Positions 38,030 to 52,012 are shown, counted from the first letter of the stretch. The stretch: 64,000 nt of DNA from Bispira polyomma (GCA_965649765.1 OZ287750.1:26040001-26104000); one strand, 5' to 3'. The notes: a model not told the origin generated them from the letters alone. Program-made: numbers and translations.

Positions 38030-41022
38030 TATACGGGGTGTTAAATGCTAGATCCGTGAGGAACAAGGGTCTACTCCTTGTAGATATTGTGACATCGCAC
38101 GACCTCGACTTCCTTTGTGTTACTGAGACCCATGTCCGTCTATCTGATACGGATAGCTTCCTATGGTCTGTTACTCCTCCAGATTTTGTGTTTCCTCAAA
38201 CGCCTCGTCCCTCACGGATTGGTGGCGGTGTTGGTTTCTTCATCAGATCCTCCTACAAACCACATAAAATAGATTCTCCTGTCTATCAGTCCTTTGAAAA
38301 TATGGTGGTGTCAATTGGGCTTCATGGCCGCTCACTGTTGCTTGCCTGCGTCTATCGCCCCCAAGGATCATGTACCTGTAATTTTTTAGAAGAATTTATG
38401 TCTTTTGTTGGTTTCTTGTCTTCCATTAACAGTTCATATCATATCTGTGGTGACTTTAACATCCATGTTGATGCACCAGTTGGTGACGGTCATAAATTTA
38501 TGACCTTTCTTGATTCATGCGATTTAAAACAGTTAGTTAGACAACCTACCCATCTGCATGGTCACATTCTGGACCTTATTTTATCTCCTTGTGATCAGGA
38601 TACTATTGTGGATGTCAAAGTCTGTGATTTCATATCGGATCATGCATTAGTCAAATGCTCAATTGCTTCTCCCCCTCAGGTGGCTCATATTCCTAATACA
38701 GTGCATTATAGGAGGTACCACCGTATTAACATGTCTGACCTCCGTACTGATCTTGAGAGTACTTCCTTTATTAAGTCACCTGCCAATTCTGTAGCCAAAC
38801 TTTATGAACAATACATGACTTGGGTGATGTACTAGATAAGCATGCACCACTTGTATCCAGAATGTCAAAGAAAGAATCTGTGCATTGACTCTCTGATTCT
38901 TACCGACGGGCTAAATCTCTCAGGCGCCAATATGAAAGAACTTGGCGAAGGGCCAAGAATCCATTAAATAGAAGTCGACTATGTCGCCAGATTGCTCGGT
39001 GCAATGTACTTGTTAACGAGGATAAGTCGGTGTATTACAGTAAACTTATCTCTGACAACAGTCACAACTCCAGGAAGCTGTGGCACGAACTGCGCAAGAC
39101 CCTTAATATGGATACCAATGTGGCACTCCCGTCCCATGATTCTGATAAATCACTAGCTGATAAGTTTGCTTCCTTTTTTCGGACAAAATTAAGAGAATTA
39201 GGGATACTTTTATTGTCTCTGGAACTAAAATTGATGTTCATCCTCTTTCTGATCCCCCAGAAATTACTGCCTTTGCCAGAGTCTCTGAAGATGATGTTAG
39301 TAAAATAATAAGTAACTCGCCTACAAAATCCTGCATGTTGGATCCATGGCCAACATCTCTTATTAAAGAATGTAGTGATATATTACTACCATCCATTACA
39401 AAACTTGTAAACTGCTCACTTACGGAGGGACATGTACCTGATGGTTTTAAAACAGCTGTGGTTACTCCTCTTATTAAGAAGGCTTCTCTTCCAGTTAATG
39501 ACCTGAAGAATTATCGCCCTGTATCTGGTCTTAGTTTCATATCAAAACTGGTTGAACGCGTGGTTGCTAGGCAACTGTTAGATCACATCTTTGTCCACGA
39601 CTTGGACAACCCATACCAGTCTGCGTATAAAACTGGTCATTCAACTGAGACAGCTCTTCTGTCTATAAAAAATGAAGTTCACTTATCTTTGTCAAGAGGG
39701 GAACCTACTGCCCTGGTATTGCTCGACCTCTCTGCTGCCTTTGACACCATTGATCATTCCACGCTTCTCAGTTGTCTTCAGACTTGGTTTGGAGTTACGG
39801 GCTCTATTCTTAAATGGTTCACTTCCTACTTAACTGATCGTTATCAGTCAATAAAAATTGGCTCTACTCTGTCCGTTCTTTGTAAACTCTTGTTTGGTGT
39901 CCCTCAAGGTTCTGTTTTGGGCCCTCTGTTGTTCTCATTATACACTGCTCCTCTCAGATTGGTTATTGGCAAATACACAGGAATAAAGTTTCATTTTTAT
40001 GCAGATGATACCCAAATTTATGTGCACCTATCCCATAAAAACACATCTACTGCCTTTGAACAGTTGAACAGGTGTCTTGATGATGTGAAAGAGTGGATGT
40101 CAACTGGTAAACTCAAACTTAATCCCGACAAGACTGAGTTCATAATCTTTGGCTCAAAACAACAGAGGGATAAGTTAAAAGCATTGTTTCCAGTTGACAT
40201 CCTGGGTAGCCCTTTCAGTCCAGCTGATTCTGTCAAGAACCTGGGTGTATGGTTTGACTCTGACTTTTCTTTCTCTAAACACGTTCAGAGTGTCTGCAAA
40301 AGCTGTTTTATGCAACTCCGTGACTTTAGACGTGTCAGACGGTTTCTCACTTATGATGCTTCGATACTTGTGGCCAATGCTTTTGTCAGTAGTAGACTGG
40401 ATTACTGCAATTCACTTTTCAGGAGTCTCTCAAAGTTTAATTTACGCAAATTACAATGCATTCAAAATAGTGCAGCTAGAATTGTGTCAAACACCAGTCG
40501 ATACACTAGTATAACTCCTGTTCTTAAGAAATTGCATTGGCTCCCTGTTGGACAGCGTTCAGTGTTTAAGACAGCTACACTTGTTTATAAGTTTCTCCAC
40601 ACTGGGTTTCCAAAGTATTTTGCCCCATATCTTTCCACTTACAGTAGTTCCTACAATACCAGACGTAGTCAGAGTGGTAGTAATTTCCTTGTTGTTCCGA
40701 AGTTCCACCCATCTACTCAAAGGTCGGTAAAACAGTTTGGTCACAGCTTTGCTTTTGATGCTCCCATTGTTTGGAATGGTCTTCCTGATGTGATTCGTGC
40801 TTCCCCCTCACTAGCCTGTTTTAGAAAGAAGCTTAAAACCCACTTGTACACTAAAGCATATCCACCTTAGTCTCAATCATCCCCCGGTGCGCTCTATGTT
40901 GCTGACCCTTTTTCTGTCCCTTGATTTTGGAAATTGGATAACTGTCTTTTGTGCTGGTGTGCCTTAGAGTCCCCTTTGTTAAGGGGAGATTACGCGCAAT
41001 AAAAGTCTAATTACAATTACAA
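38030..41022 (+). mobile_element. L2-clade (CR1 group) non-LTR retrotransposon, 5'-truncated at the start of ORF2 and lightly disabled
   Basis: APE motifs (LNARS, TET, GGGVG, YRP, GDFN, SDH) in 38038-38835. RT motifs (NYRPVS, LLDLSAAFDTIDH, GVPQGSVLGP, YADD, RLDYCNSL, LHWLP, WNGLP) in 39335-40870. Frameshifts near 38818 and 39175, TGA near 38887. 3' stem-loop and (ATTACA)n tail. Confidence 0.95.
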
Positions 41023-41670
41023 TACTTAAATTTTAAATGTAGAAACATTCTTTCTAATATAATTAAATTGTCAATTGTCCTAAAAAAAACTTAATTCAAC
41101 AGAAATGGGATCAAAGTTACCTCATACTTTGGATTTATTATTGAGTTTATAATTTTGCTAAATTTTCTTGTCAATGTATTTTTTTATTTTGTTTTATTTA
41201 AGGTACAAATTTTCAAGGTAATACACTCACATTTTAAGAGTAAAAGTCACTGGTGTTGAAATGGCCAGATGTGCGGTTTCAAAACTGCCTTAGTGTTGAG
41301 ATTGTTCCCTTTCAAAAGACACATAACATTCTTGTTACTTAGGAGTCGTTGTTTTTTCCCATCTATTGCTCCTAAAAGCATGTGAAATGTCAGCTGTTTG
41401 GGTAAACAGTAGCAACATCTAAATTGCATCATTGATTCCAATTGATATTCACTTGTTACAATATTTACATGATAAAAATAGCATTTGATGTCATTGACTT
41501 TCAAATTTTTTTTCTAACACCCCATTTGCAGTTCGAGTCATTATTTCAGATTATAGTTAGGACCTTGACCAACTACCCTGTTCTGATTTCCTCCACCAGT
41601 GACCTGTCCTTTGTGATATGACATGAGATGTGTTAAAAGAGACGTAAGTGGCCGTTTCAATGTGCGCGGC

Positions 41671-41926
41671 GGGGCCGCGGTGGCCTAGTGGTTGGCAAGC
41701 ATTGTGCTTCACAATCACTAGTCTCGCACCTTTGGGATCGGCTGGCGTGGGTTCGACTCCCGTTGATGCCTATGTGGGAAAGGTGGTAGTTCCTTACTGT
41801 GGGCCGCCGGTTTCAGTGTAGAACCTTGATCAACTGTATACAGTGTTTCCTCCAGTGTTCCAACTACCCGTCCCAATATAACCTACTAAAAAGTACTAGA
41901 GTGGAGGTTAAATATCCAAATTCAAA
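41671..41926 (+). mobile_element. tRNA-derived SINE family B, young full-length copy; others at 13851-14055, ~19538-19702, ~29878-30010, ~36670-36835, ~37028-37250 and ~51290-51421 (-)
   Basis: A box TGGCCTAGTGG, B box GGTTCGACTCC, V-domain-like body (TGTGGGAAAG...GTTTCCTCCA), CAAAT tail. 14-bp TSD TC(A/C)ATGTGCGC(G/T)GC. Confidence 0.88.
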
Positions 41927-43074
41927 TCCATGTGCGCTGCATTGATCACTTCGTAGAAAGGTACGCACACACCAATTTGATTTATTGCATGATTATGCCA
42001 ATGCTTATTGGCATAATCATGTTTTCCTTGAGAAAGAATGAGATAGTGAAAGACCCTTGGTTATGCATGGTTACAACATGTCAACAGGGTAATCTCAGAA
42101 TCTGTAGGGAGTTGTGCTCTTATATTTAGTGTATATACACTCTTTTGTCTCTAGTTGGTCCAAAATTAATTTGGTGTGATTATGTGCGGTACAGTAGAAG
42201 TTATTCAAGTTTTATATATTGGGAGCCTCAGATTTGATTGAAGGGTCTGTTACCACCCATTTCAAATGGTTTCAAAAGGAATATATATACAGTATACGAC
42301 AAAAATTAGGTTTGGGAAGATATATAACATATATATACATACTGTGGTTGATTAGTGGTTGTGGCTGTAAGGAATATAAAATTTGCCACCATCTGAAATT
42401 CGCCACCTAAAAAATGTTGTGTTTTGGGTAGAATTGTGGTTAATATTTGCTTCAATTGATATTTTTATCACTAATATTTACCTTCCTTACCAGTTATTTT
42501 TTTCCAATTTTTATTTATTTGGCTTAAATTTTAGGGGTGGCGAATTTTAGATACAGGAGCAAATTTTAGATTCCTTACTGTATCAAGCTGAGGAAATAAT
42601 TTTGTGAACCCAATATATTGCACACAGGTTTACTGGACTATTTTAAAGGATAAAAGTTACAGTAGCTCAATGTCTCACAATATCAACAAGATAACAGTGG
42701 TCAGTAACTTGCTTTTAGTGGTATTATTATGATATGGCCGCCAGGCCATTCTCCTCTTGTTGTGGGTAACATTTGGGGTAAACGAAGTTTAGAATTTGTG
42801 GTTATTCTTTGGAAACATCCATTCAAAGCATTTTATGTTTATCCCAAAGATTATCCACAACACTCTAAATTGGTGGATGCGTGCCCATCTACAAAGTGAT
42901 TAATGCGAGTGCGTCTTGCGTTTATATTTTTGTGGGAGATATCATATCCCAAATACATTATTTTATTCTGAAAATCATAACTTTCTTATTTCTGGTTCGA
43001 TTTTGAAAATTCTTACAACATTTTAACCAGTAGAATAAGGTGATACCCAATAACCTATATACATTAAAGACAAA

Positions 43075-43245
43075 GTAAGTATTTTGGTGTATACTTCCGG
43101 CTTGCGGGATTGGTAAAATTCGATCCCAGAGGGAACTTTACTGCAATCACAAGCCGCATACATGGAATAGGTTCTTTTTTTACCAAGGATCAAATTTTTT
43201 ACCGCAAGCCGAGCAGTATCTCGCGCACATGGAAACGGTCACTTA
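43075..43245. mobile_element. Degenerate palindromic MITE-like element
   Basis: Arms CGGCTTGCGG...AAAATTCGATCC / GGATCAAATTTT...CCGCAAGCCG. Confidence 0.5.
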
Positions 43246-43474
43246 GCAATTAAACTAAACTCTAAATTCAGTGTATAGTTGATCAATATATTTCAGCACT
43301 ACTAGTATGCTTCCTGAGTGAGCTGAGAATAAGCAATTGGTTTACAAGTAGAAGAACCCAGGCTGGGGGATGAGACCTCAACAGAGGTGATATCAGACTA
43401 TAAACCTACACACATTTACATATTTCTACCCTAACATCAAATTAACCTTTTGAATTTGTTATACCATAAAGATG

Positions 43475-44519
43475 CAGGGTTGAGATGAAAAACCCGCCCG
43501 GGTATTAGCCGCCCGGGAAAACCCGGGTTAACCCGTACTGGGCAATACCCCAAAGTGGGCAATACTGGGCAATACTCCCAAAAGTGGGCAATACTCCAAC
43601 AGGGTGGGTAATACTCCAAAAGGTGGGTAATTCTCCAAAAGGTGGGTAATACTAAAATGTGGGCAACGCAATTTTTATTTAAAAAAGACCTTCAATAATA
43701 ATATTTTGTATTCACATTTCTTTTACAAAAGTCAATGTGAAACAATTTTTTTTCCCACAAGTTGTAACTGTTTAGTAATTTTTGAAAACTAATGAATGGT
43801 TCAAATTCTTTCCCTTTTTATATAAAGCACATTTGTCAAATTATCACAATAAATGGCACAGTGACAAGCACAATGTTATTATAGTTAAAGGCAAAGAAGC
43901 CACAGTTCTGATGTAGGAATGTCTCTAATGTGACATGGTATAATCCCACATAAAATGTCAAGTAAAATGTATCCTGTAACAGAAAGGATTAGCCACTCAA
44001 CTCAAACCTTATTTAAACAATTAATTGAAAATTCCTATTTTGTTTGTGTATGTGTGTGTCATTTTGTAAGTCTTTAGTGTTTGGGCTAGACAATGCTTTA
44101 AAATGCTATTAATATGATATTGAATATTCAGCTAATCCATTATGAACCAAAACTTTGATTTTAAGGACATATTTCTACTTCTCATTTCTATACTTATTTA
44201 CATTAACTTTTTATTATTCTTGAACACAAATTAAAAAATTCTTCTATATCTGAATTTCATAAATTTTGCTTTATTCTAAAAATATCATCTTAAAAGTTTT
44301 TTTGTTGTTTTTTGATGAAATTCAATAGTTTTGTCAGTGTAGGAACCACAACAATAATTTAATGCATAGTCAAATCTTAAATTTCACTAACATACATTTT
44401 TTTTTTGCATATATGTATTGCCCAGTATTACCCGGTATTGCCCAGTAAAACCCGGGAAAACCCGGGTTTTCCCACCGGGCTGGGCAATACTCATAAAACC
44501 CTGGTTTTACTCAACCCTG
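43475..44519. mobile_element. Non-autonomous hAT DNA transposon
   Basis: Terminal inverted repeats (TIRs) CAGGGTTGAG...CTCAACCCTG; perfect 8-bp TSD TAAAGATG (43467-43474 and 44520-44527); subterminal GGGCAATAC and AAAACCCGGG repeats; no ORF. Confidence 0.9.
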
Positions 44520-46668
44520 TAAAGATGTAATTAATAAAACACAAGATTTATCCAGTATAAAGTGGCATTGCTCTGTAAATTAAACAACTCGCATGAAAAA
44601 AGTGACACAACCTGATTGTTTTATTACCTGGGATCCTGATTTACCTTTAATCACATGCTATTTTTCTAGAAACAAACTTCTTTTTTTATAGGTTTTAATT
44701 TCAAGTATGCGTCTAAGGCTCCTACAAATACCACATTAGTGATATCCATTTCAATATAGCTATCATTTGAACTACATAATTGGTTAATTGATTCTGTGGT
44801 TATAGCATGAATGAGGTGGATTAAAAAATACCACACCAAATAAAAATACAAACAAGAGGGTGTACGGAAAAGGTCCCAGCAGAAAAGTTCCTAGTGGCAA
44901 AGTGCCCAGCAGGAAAAGTAGGGCAGGAAATGTACTCAGCAGTTTAATATTTTTTTTTAACTTTTTTTACACCCCTCAGTTTGGCCGGTTTTATTGCTTC
45001 TAACCAATCACATAAAGGTCTTATATATTTTCACAGACGGCAGCATCCTTTTAAAAATTAAAAAAATATCAGGCTGTGCCTGATAAAAATATTATTTAAC
45101 ACATAAATATGTACGGGTGATCATATGGAAAGTAAGAAATCTAAAATTCTCCACTCTATCTGAAATTTGCCACCCCTACAATTTAAACCAAATCAACAAA
45201 AAACTGGGCCAAAAATAGCTGGAATTTACAGGTAGGTAAGTGAGGCAAAGTAGTCACAAAAATCTCAAGTTTAGCAAAAATTACACACTGAAAAAAATCA
45301 CAACATTTTCTAGGTGGCAAATTTCAGACAAAGTGTCGAAATTTAGATCCCTTACTCTACTAGTAAATCACACATTGTTATGCTTGTATAAATAAATAAA
45401 TATTCAGAATAAATTTAGCTGTGATATGTTGTAAATTATACACTTATCTACTTTTAAGGCATCATTTAAAAGTATGGTATATACATTTATATAAGTTAAT
45501 TGCAAAATCAAAGATACCTACCCGTCTAAATACAATTTACAATCAGGAGACATTTTGATAAAATAAATAAGATTATTATTAAAAAATGAACACCACAAGG
45601 GAGGGCACTGAGGAAATTTAAAGCTTGTGTAAATTAACAAAAATAATGCACAATGATACGCCCAGATCTCTGGGTAAATCCGATTAATTAGAAAACATTT
45701 GACCATTTGACACAATATGCCATAAAAAATCAAAGGGTTTAATTGACTTTAGCAAACACATTGTTCACAAAGAAAATCAAAGGGTTTCCTTGATGTTAGA
45801 GATTAGTGCTAGCAAAAAGGTCTACAAAAAAATAGCCACCCCCCCACAAATAACCGACTAATTAACTTCTGTCATCTTTGAAAAAATGTATTGATTTTAT
45901 ATGTCACATGTGATTATTACAAACAACCTACAATTAGCCATATATACACTTCATAATAAACAACAATGGATTATTATGAATACATTTCTAAACAATAGAA
46001 TTTGGACAAGTGGGGAAAGCTTATTAAATACACTAACAATGGACTCAATGTTTTTGTTTCTATAAGTGCCAAATATACATTGAAAACAACAGGGGGGGGC
46101 AGTCTCTAAACATTATATTAACAAAAGGATAATTTAATTAGAGGGGAGGGATAACTGTCATGTGTTTATGGTGACATATAATTGTGTGGGGCCATAAGGT
46201 ATGAAAACATTTTTATAGGTATTCATTTAGAAGTCACATGGGTTACACAAGAGGTTGACGTATGTGACATAATAAAACATTGAGTAGCATAGTCAGTGAT
46301 TTTAAATACTTGATGTAAGGTTTTACAGGATTGGAAAAAAAAGCATAATTATATAAGTAAAGAGGAGCATTGAAAAAATAATATACAGAAATAAAACACA
46401 TGAAAGAAGTTACAACATATAGGTGATGCATTAATGATCAATTGATTGATTAACTATCTCAGTTCCTCTTGTGAATGATAGTTCCGAAAATAAAAAGATT
46501 AATAAATTGAACTGATTATAGCTCTCAGAAAAGTGGAGAAATGTTGACTGCATGAATTCTAGTCAGACATACATTTAACAGAAAGAATCACAAGTACTAA
46601 CATCATAAACCATTGCTTCAAAGAAATTAATTGTCAATAAAAAGGGAAAAAGAAAGTGAAACATTCTG

Positions 46669-46728
46669 ATGAAGATGGAAGCCCAGACTCCGCCCACTAA
46701 CGGGTTGCAGCAGTTCAGACAATTACTA
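46669..46728 (+). CDS. First coding exon of an uncharacterised single-pass membrane protein
   Basis: ATG at 46669 (second ATG at 46675 in AAGATGG context); in-frame upstream TGA at 46657. Translates MKMEAQTPPTNGLQQFRQLL. The donor |gtgagt is phase 0, matching the acceptor at 50267. Confidence 0.65.
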
Positions 46729-46829
46729 GTGAGTACATGACATAAAGAAATAAAATATTTTCTTTGAAAATAGTAGAATTCTAGTAACATTTAATTTGTC
46801 CTGAAAAAATTCAATTCTCGGTAATCCTG

Positions 46830-46937
46830 GGCCCATATTCACGAAAAAACTTAGCCAGGTCTTAGGCTAAAATCAGTATACTTTTGTGCTAGGTTTAAGT
46901 CTTAGACCTGGCTAAGTCCTTTTCGTGAATACGGGCC
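46830..46937. mobile_element. Small hairpin MITE, Harbinger-like, in intron 1 of the membrane-protein gene
   Basis: TIR GGCCC(A/G)TATTCACGAAAA, inner arms ACTTAGCCAGGTCT / AGACCTGGCTAAGT, CTG TSD. Confidence 0.82.
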
Positions 46938-49900
46938 CTGGACATTTTATTACGGGCCCTGGACACTTCTTTAGTCACAGACTCTGCCTACTAAAGGGGT
47001 GGGGCAGTTCAGATGTTCACTAGTGAGTTCTTAAATACTTAATACTTCACTATAGTTATGATTGTAACCCTTTTGACCCTATGTTATTGGCTAGCAACAG
47101 CTGACATCATTTATTACTCCTAGAACCTATGTCTGTTCTACTGACCAGCAGTTGACACCCCCAAAATATTATTTTATTTTAATTTAGTTCCTGGCAATAG
47201 AAATTGTTTGTAAAAAAAAATTCTTATTTTAAATTCAGATCATGGGAATAGTTTTCTCTTGGGGAATAAATTAAAACATTCATATCTATTTATATCTTTA
47301 TGTCATGTGATAGACAAGATTCCCCTCCTCACCCCCCCCCCCCCCCCAAATAAAAAAAAACCAAACAAACAAAAACACCACATATAAAACAGAAACTCGC
47401 TCAATGACAGTTGTTACAAATCAATGTCAGACATTAGTTGACATATTTCAAATTTAACTTTTTTATTTTGAAATTCAAGTATGGAGGTGGCTTATGTTAT
47501 TTTAGAATCATGAGTTTCTACATAAAACAGAATTTTCTGAATCATCCAAATTTGATAAGACAAATATTCGCCCTACTTAGAACTATCAGAGAGTGTTGAC
47601 ATGGACATATACACAATATAAGGTTTTTTTGTCCAAGTTATGTTACCATGTTTTCTGTAATAAAGGCCCCTCGGTAATTGTAGCCAATATTTTAGTCAGT
47701 CGATCTACTAGACTAAAATGTTATGGGAAAATCACTACATCTGTTCTTCAGGCAAATGTTAAAATAGTGCAACTTTTAAATTAGATAATCGTATGAGAAT
47801 GTCTGTATAAGCTTGTAAATTTCATTGACCTATGGTGATGTGAATAATTTGTTGATAGTTTAACTGTTTTATACATATGCTTTACACAACTGCATAACCA
47901 AAAATGCAAAGCCCTTAGGGCGCTTTTTACAGAAAATATGGTAATTTTGTTTTGTCTTGAAGCTTTTGTGCACTTTGAGATGATGCGGGGTATGGGGCAA
48001 GTGTAAGGCGGGCATCTCAACATGTGGGCTGTTTTAAAAAACCTGTGACTTTAATATTAAGTATAACTATTGTTTCCCAGAAAATCTCAAAATAAGCAAA
48101 AATAAAAAAAAAAAAAAAATAATAATAGGTAGGCATTTCGAAACAACCGCTGGTGTTGAACCGACACCTAACATGTCCTAAAAAGAATCACCAGCAAAAA
48201 ATATAGTGTAACAGCTTGTTCTTTTTAACACACACCAATAACATTCACATTTCTGAACCAGATATTTAGTACACAAACAAACATGTTTGGTTTGGGTTAA
48301 TTTCGCCACCAGCAGTTTTGCCACAAAACTTATGGGGGGGGGGGGGGAGTTAATTATGCCATGGTCTATTTTTGTATTCAGCGCATATATCAACTTTCAA
48401 TTGGTATTCAGAGTGCCGCTAATTAACCCTTTCATGACTGTAACTGTCAACTGCATCAGTTACTGCCATTCCTCTAATTGAAGAGATAGGCTAGGGAAAG
48501 GACCCAGTGACAGAGGACCACTATTTTAAGTGGTCATCCGAGCCACCAGGCAAGTTTGTGCACAGATCAAATGTTATCCCACCAACGGAACTAGTTACCA
48601 CCAACTTAAGTAGGACATTTTTTTACCAATATTTTGTGTAGATATTTTTATAATAATGCATTTTTACAAAAGGAATATGCTCAGGAATATCTGAATACTA
48701 ATTTACATACAGTTATTTATAGATCTTTACCCTTTAACAACCTTGATTGTCGATGACCGTTGACACCTTTTAATTCATAGAGACCATGCCTGTCAATTCA
48801 TATTGATCAACAGGAGTATACTGCAGTTGTCATATAACTCGGTTTGTGAGACAGTCTGTTTTCTACGGTTTCTATGAATTTTAGCGATAAGACTACTTTA
48901 TACAGGAGTACAAATTTTGGAGACTAAGTTTTACATAATATTGATTACATCTCATTATGGTGTGTAAAAAAAGGCCAAATGCGGCCATTTTTATTACATA
49001 AAACTGTACTTACCTTGTCCTAACAGACGCTATAGTTGATGGCTGTCAACTAAACCACAGTCATATAGCCGAAAAAGCTGTCAACCTACCTTAAACCTGT
49101 GGTTCAGTTACTCTGAAACTATTCCCTTGGTTATGGAAGGGTTAAATCCCATTATCTCATGTTTTACATATTAACAATTTAGAATAAGAAGAAACACAAC
49201 ACAGTATATTTGAATATCAATATTCTTTGGCATAGAATGTAACCCTGGCGAATAGAAATGTCTGTCAACTGCTAGCTGATGGACAAGAGGTTTACATAAG
49301 AAGTAAAAGAAGAGGACTAAAACTCTGCTTTGATGGAAATTATCTAAATCTCCAATTTTTAAAGCACGGTTGCAAAATGTCCTACCTTACATATGGGTGG
49401 TGAAATTTCCGTGGCCAAATTTCCAGTGGCGAATAATGACATACCACACAAGTTTGTATGATATTTACCAAGAAAGAGTTATTAACATTACTGAACTAGT
49501 TAGAATGCACATGCACAATTACATTATAATAACACCACTGAAGAATATATGTAAACTGTGAAAAGAAGCTACAACAATTTGTGTGTGAATGCAATTATCA
49601 CCAAAGGAACAAGGTAATAATAATAATAATAATAATAGAAGCATTTATAAAGCACAAAATTGATAAAAATCCTCTAATGTGCTGAATTCCAAAAAATGGA
49701 TAGTGCACTATATAAATTTGGTATATTTTTATTATTATTATTAATGCACGAATCCCTTACATGTTGTTTTGATGGCACTGCCATTATAAAAGATGGCAGC
49801 ATCCTTTTAGAATGAAAACAATAACAGGCTGTGCCTGATAAAAACAAGCATTTGTGTCCACTTTGAAGATAAGAGGCCAAAAGCAAAATTATAGGAAAAT

Positions 49901-50266
49901 TAATATACTTTTATAGTCATGAACACAGATCCTTTGAGAAAGAAGGCAGAAAATGCTCAAAGACTGAATCCAAATGAAGTGGAAATTTGTGTTGTCAAAT
50001 TATCTTTGAAGTACAGGTGAATTTCGGGCACTTTCTGAGATCAACACTTCGTTTAATTCATTGAAAATTCTCTGCGAAAATAAATACACTACTTCTATAT
50101 CCTTTAAGTTCAACATACAAGGTGGTTTTAAGTGCATTTGTTATTATTTTTTTCATAAGTTTTTGTTGCACTCTTCTTTGTAGCACTGTGATTTATAGAC
50201 GGAACCAGTTGACAGTAACTGAACGTATAATCTATAATTTAACCACATGATACCTTGTCTTTTCAG

Positions 50267-50430
50267 GATGTCAATGTAGTGTACAGTACAAAAAAACCCC
50301 AAACCAACTTTTTCGAAAGCACTCCTCAATTAGGATTCCAGGACTGGGAAATTGGGCTGACAATTGTGCTGGCTGTGACTGGTCTGATAGCAGTCTCTGC
50401 AGTGATGGTGTGGGCTATGTCATACAAAAG
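50267..50430 (+). CDS. Exon 2 of the uncharacterised membrane protein (transmembrane helix)
   Basis: Acceptor ccttgtcttttcag|, donor |gtatgt (phase 2). Translates DVNVVYSTKKPQTNFFESTPQLGFQDWE-IGLTIVLAVTGLIAVSAVMVWAM-SYK(R). Confidence 0.8.
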
Positions 50431-50805
50431 GTATGTATGTTATCTACACATGATTGGCCCCCTCAAAAAACCCTCTATTGTGACAGACGTTCTATATTAT
50501 GTAACCTACATCTGTTACAGTTTATGACCTCAGTTCTACTTTCTAATTAAATGCTATCTCTTTCCCCCTTGGTTCAACCTAAATTTCAAATTGAAGTAGA
50601 ACTTATACTTATAATTCCATGTTGGGACACAAGATTTTGTTCAGGTAATGGAAGGTTCATAAGATAAAAGAGGCATTTCAGTGTAAAACTATAGGAGCAC
50701 AAGTTTGGAAGAGTGGAAGTGTGTTCACAAAATTGAAATGACAAAACAACATGAATCAAAATCCTAAGCTTCAGACTAATTAAAGTCTAAGGCCTTTTGT
50801 AAATA

Positions 50806-50987
50806 CAGTAGAACCTCTATTATCCAACCTTCTATTATCTGACTATTCGACTTCACTCAATTTCACTCTCATAAACTTATTTTTCGCTAAGGTTTACAAC
50901 TAAAATGCTACTTTTATTTTACAAACCTTCTATTATCCGAATAAATTCTCACTTTTCCAAGATGTCCATAAAATAGAGGTTCTACTG
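50806..50987. mobile_element. ~180-bp Tc1/mariner(pogo)-type MITE family 1, the most abundant repeat in the window; copies or fragments near 1-93, 8265-8430, 12111-12559, 23720-23900, 24838-25025, 29110-29177, 30626, 31390-31461, 33400-33493, 35530-35675, 35734-35911, 36469-36651, 53940-54066 and 62520-62590
   Basis: TIR CAGTAGAACCTCTATT... / ...AATAGAGGTTCTACTG flanked by TA. Confidence 0.88.
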
Positions 50988-51149
50988 TAATGACTAAAAA
51001 CTTCTTCATCAGAGTGCTTCAAAAGATCTTCATTGAAGTTCATTCAAGTTGGACAGTTTCATTACATAAAATTTAAACAAGCAAACACTTCTAAAATATG
51101 TAAAAGTCCAGCTGTCCATTCAGTGGCCATTTTGACAAATTATTATCAT

Positions 51150-51290
51150 TATGTTGGCTCCTTCTCTCTGGAGTAATGTCCTACTCTTCATCAGGATAGC
51201 GAAGAACATTCCCTCTTTTGGAAAGCATATAGTTAAGTCTCATCCTTTCAACCAACCCTTGCCAACATAATATCCGTCCTTTTCGTTTGG
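51150..51290 (+). mobile_element. Degenerate L2-type LINE 3' remnant; similar remnants at ~26940-27040 (+) and ~16000-16250 (-)
   Basis: APSLWS...IR...SF...KSH.F pattern; the 26940 copy reads LWNGLP...FRKQL. Confidence 0.5.
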
Positions 51291-52012
51291 CTGAAGGGCG
51301 AGGGGGGCTCACCTCTGGGGATTGAATCCCAGATTCCTTCTTTATCTGAGAAAGTTTGTCATGTGCTTGCCGTAGTTCAGTGGTTTACATCACTGTTGCC
51401 CCTTACCACTAAACCACTGGGTGAATGTCAATCATTTTGTCCACAACTTTGGCTATACAGTACCCCTTTTATTATGAGTTTTTCCTGTGATTAGGATGCT
51501 ATGGCACTTTGATGCATTTTATGGGGAAAATTTAACCCGTTAAAAACACCTTAATAAAATAAACTTTTTTGATTCATGTAAAATAAGGCATCTAAAATTT
51601 GCCACTTTGTCTAAAATTTGCCACCCCTAAAATTTAAGCCAAATCAATAAAGAAACTGCAAAAAAATAACTGGAACTTAAGGAAGTACGGCAAAATAGTC
51701 AAAATATTACCCACAATTCTACCAAAAAACAAAACAATATGCAGGTGGCTAATTTCAGATACAGTGGTGAATTTTTGATTCTTTAGTCAGAAATATTCCA
51801 AATTTAATTATTATATTTTAGAAAACAGTACCAACTTTAGAGATGTGAAAAAATAGACAATGTATGAATATTTGTGTACAAAGTTTTTCTCTGCAATTTT
51901 AGTGTTAATTTAATTTCTGTCTTAAATTTTGGTGTAGCTTTTTCAACTGTTCAATTATACCTATCTTTAATAAATAAAAAAATAAAACACACCTTTTTTA
52001 TATCTTTTGTAG

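Noticed and set aside
41671-41770. tRNA gene
   Set aside because: A and B boxes are present, but there is no proper acceptor stem, it continues into a multi-copy SINE body, and it is flanked by a TSD.
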